Source: an uncultured Acidimicrobiaceae bacterium (lineage in GTDB: Bacteria; Actinomycetota; Acidimicrobiia; Spongiisociales; ZC4RG35). From it: 64,000 bases of DNA. The first letter of the stretch is position 1. Each line of letters starts with the position of its first letter. The notes below the pieces were generated by a model. It did no database searches, was not told the DNA's origin, and was given only the letters and a program-made list of their open reading frames with translations. Location of the stretch: the NCBI GenBank assembly GCA_964571765.1, contig CAZNDH010000008.1, positions 141-64,140 on the forward strand. The letters run 5' to 3'. This document shows positions 16,961 to 24,383 of this stretch, in pieces. Position numbers and translations under genes: made by a program.

Positions 16961-17617
16961 TCAGTCCCGGCAGGTCCACCAAAGTCGGGTGACCCCGAGA
17001 CAGGACTCACCGGGAGTGACCGCCTTGTCCGGGCCGACGATCAGGGTGGTGGTTGTGGTGGGGGGCAGGGTGGTGGTGGGGGGAAGGGTGGTCGTGGTGG
17101 TGGCCGGCTGGGGTGCGGTGGTTGCGGCCGGCTGGGGAGCGGTGGTGGTCGGGCTCGAGCTTCCCCCAGACGGACTCGTGGTCTTCTTCATGAAGACCAC
17201 GGTCACGTAGAGGCGACCGTCGGGGGCGTAGGCGGTACCGACGCCTACGTAGTTGAAGTCGCCGAGGATGTTTTCCCGGTGGCCCGCGGAGTTCATGAAC
17301 GCGCTGTGGAGCGAGTCGACGGTGCCGCCCCTGCCAACGTTCTCGCCCATCTTCTCCCATCCGGTGCCTCCCGCCGGGGTGAAGTTGGAGTGGTAGATCT
17401 TGTCGGCGTCGATCATCGCCTGGGTGTGGTTGCGGGCATGGGAGACCAGGTTGCCCTCGGTGGTCAGGGATCCCAGACCGCGGGCGGCTCGCTCACCGTT
17501 GATCTTGGCCAGGAACCCGGCTTCGGAGGATGCGTCGGCAGCCGCCGTGGTGGCCAGCCCGGCGACGGCCAGCACCGCGACCAGGAGTACCGACAGCCAA
17601 TGCTTCAGTCCCAGCAT
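16961..17617 (-). CDS. Secreted CAP/SCP (PR-1-like) domain protein with Thr/Pro-rich C-terminal tail
   Basis: Signal peptide present. The motifs HARNHTQAM...GENVG...AFMNSAGHRENIL...YVGVG are typical of the domain. The tail contains a 24-nt tandem duplication (17102-17125 and 17126-17149) encoding TTAPQPA(A/T). Confidence 0.8.
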   Translation of the reverse strand: MLGLKHWLSVLLVAVLAVAGLATTAAADASSEAGFLAKINGERAARGLGSLTTEGNLVSHARNHTQAMIDADKIYHSNFTPAGGTGWEKMGENVGRGGTVDSLHSAFMNSAGHRENILGDFNYVGVGTAYAPDGRLYVTVVFMKKTTSPSGGSSSPTTTAPQPAATTAPQPATTTTTLPPTTTLPPTTTTTLIVGPDKAVTPGESCLGVTRLWWTCRD

Positions 17618-17748
17618 CCACTCTCATCGGCCCTTCCCACGGCCAACTTGAGCACCCTGAGTGGTCGCACTTTCCGCTTAGTGGGGACGAGACCGGTCGA
17701 TCCCTGGTTTGAGGGGTGCATGCCCCGCAGGCTCTCCCGGAGGAATGG

Positions 17749-18630
17749 TCAGATCCCGAACATCACCTCGCGGAGGTTGAGCATCTGGGGTTGGTAGGTG
17801 TCGAGGTCGATGCGCATCGAGCCGAGACGGAGGCCGGTCATCCCCTCCCCGACGTTGGTCATCACCCGCAACGTCCCTTCGTCGTGGCTGAGGACCCCCA
17901 GCCCGAGGCAGCCGCCACCAGCGCTCTGCACCCCGACCAGCACCCCGTCGAGCCGGGAAAGCTGCAGACCGGCGGGAAGGGTGGGGGCGAACACGGTGGG
18001 GCGAACCTTCCACCGGTCGAGTGGTGCCCGCAGCGCGGCGGCGAACCCCTCGGAGCGTTTCCGGGCGCGGGTGTCGGGTGACATGGGGAGGATGGCCGGA
18101 TCGGTGGCGGTCACGGCCACCTCGACCCCGAAGAAGCGCCGGAGCATTCCCACCAGCGGCTCCATCTCCTCGCCCCTCTGCAGGGCGATGATCCGGTCGG
18201 GACGGCACAACTCGGCCTTGTGGTACTTGAGGGTCTCTCCGGCCACGCCCGAGATCACCGCGGTGGTGTCGATGATGACCACGTCGCCCAGCTCCCGGGC
18301 CCTCCGGGTCATCACCGACGTGGCGATCACCTGCTGGAGGACGAGACGCGAGGGGGTGACGGTCCCCACGAAGTGGAGACCGTCGGGCCGATCGAGACGG
18401 CCCATGTCGTCGAGGGTGTGGAACACCTTGAGGGAGACACAGGCCGGGGGGCCGACCGTGGCGTTGCCCACGTCGGCGTCGACCAGGACCGGGGTCCGGC
18501 CCAAGGCCAGGGCGTGTCGCACCGCCTCCAGGGCGATCGAGGTCTTGCCGGTGTCCAACCCGCCGATGAGCATCGAAACCGGGGTGGCGCCCACCAGCCG
18601 GGCCACAGCATCGAAGGTCATCTCGGCCAT
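17749..18630 (-). CDS. Clp1/Grc3-like P-loop protein (putative polynucleotide kinase family)
   Basis: The P-loop GGLDTGKTSIA is followed by VLVDADVGN, a Clp1_P-like arrangement. I prefer ATG at 18630: the minus strand reads TATATT (18642-18637), 6 nt, then ATG, which suggests a leaderless start. The track start at 18699 would overlap the divergent gene. Confidence 0.5.
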   Translation of the reverse strand: MAEMTFDAVARLVGATPVSMLIGGLDTGKTSIALEAVRHALALGRTPVLVDADVGNATVGPPACVSLKVFHTLDDMGRLDRPDGLHFVGTVTPSRLVLQQVIATSVMTRRARELGDVVIIDTTAVISGVAGETLKYHKAELCRPDRIIALQRGEEMEPLVGMLRRFFGVEVAVTATDPAILPMSPDTRARKRSEGFAAALRAPLDRWKVRPTVFAPTLPAGLQLSRLDGVLVGVQSAGGGCLGLGVLSHDEGTLRVMTNVGEGMTGLRLGSMRIDLDTYQPQMLNLREVMFGI

Positions 18631-18697
18631 CGGGGCAATATAGGGAGTCGCCCCCCGGCGAGGACCGGGCTGCCCCAGGTCGTCTACCGTCGCCGGC

Positions 18698-19501
18698 ATG
18701 TCGTTGCCGATCAGCTTTCTCTCCGACTTCGGGCATCAGGACGAGTTCGTCGGGGTGGTCCACGGTGTTCTCGCCCGGCTCTCACCGGAGTCGACGGTGA
18801 TCGACGTGGGCCATGGGTTCGCCCCGGGAAACGTGAGGGCCGCCGCCCTCGCCCTGACCCGGGCTATCCAGTACCTCCCCGAAGGGGTGTGCCTGGCGGT
18901 AGTCGACCCGGGGGTGGGGTCGGCACGGCGGGCGCTCGCCGTCCGCAGTGAGTGGGGCTTCTTCGTCGGGCCCGACAACGGGCTGCTCTCCCCGGCAGTG
19001 GCCATGACCGGGGGGGCGGAGCAAATGGTCTCCGTCGAGAACCCCGAGGTCATGATCCCCTCACCCGGCGCCACCTTCCACGGTCGCGACCTCTTCGCTC
19101 CCGCGGCCGCCCTGCTCGCCTCGGGTGAGGCGGTGTTGGAGGACCTCGGCCCTGAGGTCTCCGGCAACGAGTTGGTCCCGCTCCTCCTCCCGCTCACCGA
19201 GGCCGACGGCTCCCGGGTCACCGGTGAGGTCTGGTGGGTCGATCGCTTCGGCAACGCCGAGACGAACATCGCCCCCGAGGATCTGGCGGCCTTGGGAGCG
19301 GCTCCGGGCGACACGGTCACCGTCCGTGTGGGCCCGGCCATCCACAATCTCGCCTGGGTGATCAGCTATTCCGATGTCGAGGAAGGACAGGGCCTGGTCC
19401 ACGTCGACTCCGCCGGCCTGATGGCCCTGGCGGTCCGCGGCGGTCGCGCCGATGAGACTTTCAACCTCATGGACGGCGTGGCGGTGACTATGGCCCGGTG
19501 A
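18698..19501 (+). CDS. SAM hydroxide adenosyltransferase family protein (DUF62)
   Basis: ISFLSDFGHQDEFVGVVHGVL, VVDPGVGSARR and FHGRDLFAPAAA are family motifs. Confidence 0.8.
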   Translation: MSLPISFLSDFGHQDEFVGVVHGVLARLSPESTVIDVGHGFAPGNVRAAALALTRAIQYLPEGVCLAVVDPGVGSARRALAVRSEWGFFVGPDNGLLSPAVAMTGGAEQMVSVENPEVMIPSPGATFHGRDLFAPAAALLASGEAVLEDLGPEVSGNELVPLLLPLTEADGSRVTGEVWWVDRFGNAETNIAPEDLAALGAAPGDTVTVRVGPAIHNLAWVISYSDVEEGQGLVHVDSAGLMALAVRGGRADETFNLMDGVAVTMAR

Positions 19502-19607
19502 AGATCAGCCAGAGCTGGACGATCCCGGCGACGGCGATCATGGCGAGAAGGATGACGAGGACTATCGCTGTGGCCGGTCGCACCGGCCGAAGAGAGTACA
19601 AAATTGT

Positions 19608-19633
19608 CGGGGCCCCCGTGAAAGGGGGCCCCG
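19608..19633 (-). terminator. Putative intrinsic terminator (minus-strand sense)
   Basis: A perfect 10-bp stem (CGGGGCCCCC / GGGGGCCCCG) with a 6-nt loop. On the minus strand it is followed by ACAATTTTG. Confidence 0.5.
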
Positions 19634-19825
19634 ACTACATGAAGGAGGGTTCCGTTACCGTGGGGCGGGCTGGGAGGCTATCCGTTCACACCAAGGACAA
19701 AGAACGTGCCCTAGGCATGAGGGGAACGGAGTTCCCTCCTTCCTGCATGCCTCCACATTATCGACCACTGTGCGTGTTAGTTGAGCACTTTCTGCGAATT
19801 CCTGTTGGGTCAGAAATCAGCAGGA

Positions 19826-20863
19826 TCAACCGGTAGATGGAGCCGCCGACGGGTCCCGGGCCTCGGTCATCCCCGGGTCCTCGTCGGGCCCCTCCCCAGG
19901 CTCCTCGCCGTCGCCCCCGTCCGGGACATCGGCGAGGCCACAGTCGACCAGGACCGTCTCGGTGTCGCCACCGCCGAAGCGCACCCGCTCGAAGGCGACC
20001 ACCGCGGCCAGTTGCTCCTCGCTGAGAGCACCTCCGAATCCGGGCATGACGCCCCCACCGCCGACCGGCTTGTCGGTGTCCCCGTAGGTTCCCCGGCCCG
20101 CATTCTGGAACCCGGTCGTTCCCAGGTTGACCCACTCGATATGGTCGGAGCAGGCCCCAAAGGTGGTGATCACCCCGGTCATGGGGAGCGCCACGCCTCC
20201 CTGGCCCTGGGCGCCGTGGCAGGAGGAGCAGTTGACGCCTCCCACCGCACCGCCGGCATAGATCGTCCCCCCGATGGCGATGAAGTCCTGACCGTCGGTC
20301 GCCGGCGTCCTCCCGGTGAACTCGGAGCCGTCGCAGTCGACGATCTCGCCGGTGATCACGTCGGTTCGCAACTCTGTGGCCTCTCCGCACTCGCCGGTGG
20401 CCGCCCCACCCAGGGCGAACAAGGCGATGAGGGGGGCTGCGAGCAGAAGGGAGGTCAGCCAGCGAGGGATGGCGGTGTTGGTTCGCTCCCTGATCCCGGC
20501 GGTGGGCACGGTGATCACCTCAGGGAGGTGGGCCGCCTCCCGGGATGTGACTTCGGCGGGCGGGGTGGCCACGGTGGCCGCCACCGGGGCTGGTGTCGTC
20601 GGTACCGGGGGCGCTGGGGACGCTTCCGGCTCCTCAGATGGGGCCGCCTCCTCGCTGGGCGGCTCCGCCGGGGGCGCCGTCTCAACAGTGGGCTCGGGCA
20701 CACCGGAGACACCGGTGGCGGGGATGTCACCACCGCCGGCCCAGGCGGTGAGCACCTCATCGACGGTGGCGCCGGTCTCGGCTGCCCTGGCCGCGGCGGA
20801 GCGCTGCACCAGGGGCTCGGGAAGGCCCATGACGGCGGCGGCTGCGCTGAGAAGCTCGCTCAT
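19826..20863 (-). CDS. Membrane-anchored monohaem c-type cytochrome (CcoP-like) with N-terminal cytoplasmic module
   Basis: A single haem-c motif CSSCHG and a VMPGFGGALSEEQLAAVVAF class-I cytochrome c tail. One TM segment (WLTSLLLAAPLIALFAL). The stop-start overlaps the upstream gene. Confidence 0.75.
   Translation of the reverse strand: MSELLSAAAAVMGLPEPLVQRSAAARAAETGATVDEVLTAWAGGGDIPATGVSGVPEPTVETAPPAEPPSEEAAPSEEPEASPAPPVPTTPAPVAATVATPPAEVTSREAAHLPEVITVPTAGIRERTNTAIPRWLTSLLLAAPLIALFALGGAATGECGEATELRTDVITGEIVDCDGSEFTGRTPATDGQDFIAIGGTIYAGGAVGGVNCSSCHGAQGQGGVALPMTGVITTFGACSDHIEWVNLGTTGFQNAGRGTYGDTDKPVGGGGVMPGFGGALSEEQLAAVVAFERVRFGGGDTETVLVDCGLADVPDGGDGEEPGEGPDEDPGMTEARDPSAAPSTG
20729..20863 (-). 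repeat. About 135-nt segment duplicated at 21487-21621 (5' ends of the two cytochrome c genes)
   Basis: The two stretches align by eye at high nucleotide identity (not computed). They encode SELLSAAAAVMGLPEPLVQRSAAARAAETGATVDEVLTAWAGG and SELLSAAAAALGLPEPLVRRSAEARAAETGTTVDEVLTAWAGG. Confidence 0.8.
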
Positions 20864-21621
20864 CGGTCGCCCATGGTTACCGACTCGGAGAGATAGGCGA
20901 CCAGCGCCTCGAGATGTTCCTCACGGAGGTTGTGGGGAGGATGGCCCCCCGCACCGGCCACCACTGCGGCGGTCTCGGCCTGATTGAGACGGGCGCCCAC
21001 GTTGGCCAGGTCGGGGCCGAAACGACGTGAGCCCAGGACCTGGTTGGTGTCGTTCAGAGTGACGGCGCCCAGTCCGACGTCGGCGATCACCGGCCGGACC
21101 ATCTGGGTGTGGCAGGCGGCACATCCGAGGTTGACGTAGACCGAGCGGCCCTCCTCTGCCAGGGCACCGAAGGGGAGCGCCGAGGTGCGTTCGCCTGGGC
21201 TGTCGATGGGCACCGACGGTCCGATCAACGCCACCAGCAGCACCACCAGGAACAAACCGACCACCCCGGCGAACATCTTGAGCGGTTTGTCGGCCGCACC
21301 AACCAGCACTGGAGGCCTGTAGGGAACCATGGCCTCCTCGGGGAGCTCCTCAGCCGCCGGTGGTGTCGGGGCGGTGGGAGGAGGCGCCTCGGGCGTCGCC
21401 GGGGCCTGATCCCCCTCCGGTGGGACACCCTCATCCACCGGGGATTCCTCGGCCTCGCCTGCAGTTGGGGAGGCAGTGGGTGCCGGGGCACCACCCGCCC
21501 AGGCGGTGAGCACCTCGTCGACCGTGGTCCCGGTCTCGGCGGCCCGGGCCTCGGCCGACCGGCGCACCAGGGGCTCGGGGAGCCCGAGGGCGGCGGCGGC
21601 TGCACTGAGCAACTCGCTCAC
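20860..21621 (-). CDS. ccoO: CcoO-like monohaem cytochrome c subunit (cbb3 oxidase subunit II family)
   Basis: GRSVYVNLGCAACHTQMVRP and LGSRRFGPDLANVGAR match CcoO/FixO signatures. GTG at 21621 forms a GTGA overlap with the CcoN-like stop. The track's longer N-terminus overlaps that gene. Confidence 0.75.
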   Translation of the reverse strand: MSELLSAAAAALGLPEPLVRRSAEARAAETGTTVDEVLTAWAGGAPAPTASPTAGEAEESPVDEGVPPEGDQAPATPEAPPPTAPTPPAAEELPEEAMVPYRPPVLVGAADKPLKMFAGVVGLFLVVLLVALIGPSVPIDSPGERTSALPFGALAEEGRSVYVNLGCAACHTQMVRPVIADVGLGAVTLNDTNQVLGSRRFGPDLANVGARLNQAETAAVVAGAGGHPPHNLREEHLEALVAYLSESVTMGDR

Positions 21622-23054
21622 GAGCTCTGCTCCACGGTGACCAGCATCTCCTGGGTGCGCGCCGGGCCCCTGACCACCGTCCCCAGGATGGTTGAGGCGT
21701 AGGCCGCATGACCGAGGAAGGCGATCAGCGATGCGCCCAAGGCGAACAGCAGGAAGGTGTCGACCACCGGCCCGGCTCCGGCCCCCCATCCCTCCCCGGC
21801 ATCGACATAGGCGCCCGAGTTGGACCCGGCTATCCAGGAGTAGCCGCTGACCAGCCCGGCGGCGGTGAGGAACACCAGGACGCCGATGGAGCCGATCAGG
21901 GTGAGGCGTATGAAGCTGCGGGCTCGCCTCGGCGAGGGCATGTCCCTGCCGATCAGTCGGGGCAGTGCGGCAAAGGACACCCCGGCGACGAGCAGGACGC
22001 CGACCCCGGCGATGGCGGTGTACTCCACCGCCTCCCAGAAGGAGGTGAGAGTGGCCACCGCCGCCACCGAGCGGAAACCGGCTATGGCGGCCAGGGCGCC
22101 CACCCCGGCGGCGAGGAAGAGCCCGTACACCCCGGCGGACACCCCCGGGTGGTCACCGAGACGCGACCAGGAGCCCTCCAGCGTCAACGATACGTTGGCC
22201 GCGTTGGCCACGGCACCGATGGGGAAGGCCAGGCCCAGGGCGGCGGCGACACCGGCCAGCCAGCCGGGCCCCGGCCCGAAGATCAACTGGGCAGTGCCCC
22301 ACCAGACCGAGGCGAGGCCAAGTGACCAGAACCCCACCGCGGCCAGGGTGCGGCTGGCCAGTGGGACGTCCAATTCCCTGACGACGGTGTAGTAGAAGAC
22401 CCCGGTGCCCAGCGTCATCACAACCATGGTCACCAGACCGGCGGCGAGGAACATGTCGTTATAGGCCATGGCCACCGGGGTGAGGAACGGCGAGTGCCCG
22501 GCGGCGTAGGCCGCGTAGAGCAAGGGAAGCCAGGTGACCCCGCCCAGGACGAACCAGATGGTCACATACGAGTGCTTCTCCTCCCGCTCTGCGATGGTAC
22601 GGGCGGTGACCAGGAACGGCACTGCCAGCACCCCCACCATGGGGAGGTCGATCCACCAGGGGAGGGAGAACGGCTGGCGGCCGCTACCCAGCCCCAACCC
22701 GATGACGACAACCCCAAGTAGGACCAGGCCAGCTGTTCCGAGGAGCCCCAGTCCAGCGAGACGAGGGTTCCACAGCCTGACCCCGGTCAACCTGGGAAGC
22801 ACGTAGTACACCCCACCAACCAGAGAGATCACCCCGAATCCGAGGAGTAGGACCAGGTTCGCCATCGGCTCGAGCCGGCCGAAGCTGATCAGGGAAAGGC
22901 CGGCGAAGCGGAGCGAGGCCAGGGAGAGCACCGCGAGCAGGCTGCCTGCCACAAGGAACAGTGCCCCGACCACGAAATGGGTGACCGCCACGCGGTCCCC
23001 CTCGGCGCCACCGCCGAGGATGGCCCTGATGTCGGTTGTTCGGGTGCCGGTCAA
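21618..23054 (-). CDS. CcoN-like haem-copper oxidase subunit I homologue lacking canonical His ligands
   Basis: A 478-aa, 12-TM-like protein. Blocks SFGRLEPMANLVLLLGFG, YYVLPRL, LPWWIDLP and EEKHSYVTIWF resemble cbb3 CcoN. The protein has only 5 His, with no HH or HxH pair (see findings). Confidence 0.75.
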   Translation of the reverse strand: MTGTRTTDIRAILGGGAEGDRVAVTHFVVGALFLVAGSLLAVLSLASLRFAGLSLISFGRLEPMANLVLLLGFGVISLVGGVYYVLPRLTGVRLWNPRLAGLGLLGTAGLVLLGVVVIGLGLGSGRQPFSLPWWIDLPMVGVLAVPFLVTARTIAEREEKHSYVTIWFVLGGVTWLPLLYAAYAAGHSPFLTPVAMAYNDMFLAAGLVTMVVMTLGTGVFYYTVVRELDVPLASRTLAAVGFWSLGLASVWWGTAQLIFGPGPGWLAGVAAALGLAFPIGAVANAANVSLTLEGSWSRLGDHPGVSAGVYGLFLAAGVGALAAIAGFRSVAAVATLTSFWEAVEYTAIAGVGVLLVAGVSFAALPRLIGRDMPSPRRARSFIRLTLIGSIGVLVFLTAAGLVSGYSWIAGSNSGAYVDAGEGWGAGAGPVVDTFLLFALGASLIAFLGHAAYASTILGTVVRGPARTQEMLVTVEQSS

Positions 23055-23292
23055 ACGTCTTCCTCACAAGGGACGAGACGGCGGGAGCTTAACCCGGCGA
23101 TCCGTCGCACTCGCCTTGGTGCCTGGAGGGAATGGCCAACGGCTGAGAAGACGTCCTCTCCTCCCCGCCCAGTCGTGTCGGAGGTGCGGGGTCGCATCCA
23201 GAGGTACTCCACGCCGAACTCAGGGTGCCGGGTGTTTTGTGGTACAAACATCGTGACAGGGGATCGAGAGACGCGAGGTCCCGACACCAGCC

Positions 23293-23925
23293 ATGTACCG
23301 CCTTGCAGAACTGAGCGACACCCGGCGCCGAACCATCGGTGCAGCCCTGCTGATCGCCGGGCTCCTCGGTTTGGTGGTAGGGGTAGTCGTCATCCACTGG
23401 GCCTCCTTTCCCGAGACCGAGGTGGTCAACGGGCTCGAGGTCCCGGTGGTGGTCGACTACCTGAACTGGTTCCCCAGGGGCTCACTGTGGCTAGGGCTCG
23501 GTTATCTCATCGTCTTCGGGGCAACCAGCCTGGCCCTGGTCGGTGGCACATTCCTCTGGGTCCTCAACCAGAAGATGACCTGGGCCCGGGCCACCATCGC
23601 GGCCATGCTCACCTGGATAGCCCTGGTCTTCTACCTGGGGATGGTCCCCTCGGAGTTCCTCACCTTTGCCCAGACCGACCTCGACTGGTCGTCCCAGCGG
23701 ATCGCCATCACGATTCCACCGATCCTGGTCCTGGGCAACGAGATCGACATCAGCTGGGCAGCGGTACGCGACTCGATCCAAGCGGGATACAGCATGGGCA
23801 TGTTGGGGCTGGCCATCGTGCTCGGGCTCCAGATTCAGAAGATCAAGGACGGCAGGCCGGCCAAGGCGCAGCCCTCCGAGTTGCTCTCCCCCTATGGTCG
23901 GCCGCTGCTGAGGGGTGACCGCTGA
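23293..23925 (+). CDS. Polytopic membrane protein, first gene of the b6c-type operon
   Basis: ORF track entry with 4-5 hydrophobic helices. TGATG overlap with the ferredoxin gene. I recognise no family. Confidence 0.5.
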   Translation: MYRLAELSDTRRRTIGAALLIAGLLGLVVGVVVIHWASFPETEVVNGLEVPVVVDYLNWFPRGSLWLGLGYLIVFGATSLALVGGTFLWVLNQKMTWARATIAAMLTWIALVFYLGMVPSEFLTFAQTDLDWSSQRIAITIPPILVLGNEIDISWAAVRDSIQAGYSMGMLGLAIVLGLQIQKIKDGRPAKAQPSELLSPYGRPLLRGDR

Positions 23926-24374
23926 TGCCCAGAGGCGTCGTCGACGAGACCCCGCCGATCAGGGATGACTACCAGCTGGCACTGGTGGAGGGCGACTACT
24001 TCGCCGACAAGCTGCGTCCCAAGCAGTTTCTCCACATCGACCAGTCGGAGTGCATCCTCTGCGAGGGGTGTGTCGACATCTGCCCATGGAAGTGCATCCA
24101 CTACCTGTCGCTCGACGCCATTTCCGAAGGGGTCAACGTCGACCATCCCGCCGACGATGCGCAGAACTACGGCTTCTTCATCGTCGACGAGGACGAGTGC
24201 ACCCGATGTGCCCTGTGCATCGACCGCTGTCCCACCGGGGTGATCTCCCTGGGCAAGTTCGAGGGCTCGCTGGCCGAACAGGCCGCCGAGCTGGGGCTGG
24301 ATCGCCGTCCCTGGGACTTCGACACCGGCCAACGTGACTTCAAGAACGGCTACTCGTACGGTATGCGCTGGTAG
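23925..24374 (+). CDS. 2[4Fe-4S] ferredoxin-like protein
   Basis: Two cluster motifs: CILCEGCVDICP and CTRCALCIDRCP. Confidence 0.8.
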   Translation: MPRGVVDETPPIRDDYQLALVEGDYFADKLRPKQFLHIDQSECILCEGCVDICPWKCIHYLSLDAISEGVNVDHPADDAQNYGFFIVDEDECTRCALCIDRCPTGVISLGKFEGSLAEQAAELGLDRRPWDFDTGQRDFKNGYSYGMRW

Positions 24375-24383
24375 GGAGGTGTA

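Noticed and set aside
17102-17149. 24-nt tandem duplication.
   Set aside because: It lies inside the CAP-domain gene and simply encodes the repeated TTAPQPA(A/T) linker. It is not an independent element.
17685-17790. Plus-strand sequence with a loose resemblance to the ydaO/c-di-AMP riboswitch (CGCUUAGUGGGGAC..., GGGGUGCAU..., CCGAAC...ACCUCG).
   Set aside because: No plus-strand gene lies downstream. Its 3' part is coding sequence of the minus-strand Clp1-like gene. The resemblance is from memory of the consensus only. The relevant 5' UTR (CAP-domain gene) is on the opposite strand. An Rfam cmsearch (RF00379) on both strands would settle it.
19498-19836. 112-aa plus-strand ORF. It includes an SD-like GAAGGAGGG followed 10 nt later by GTG at 19660.
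   Set aside because: Many A/T-ending codons, unlike all confident genes here. There is no recognisable motif. It overlaps the 3' ends of two real genes. The SD-like sequence is better explained as one arm of the long stem (see finding).
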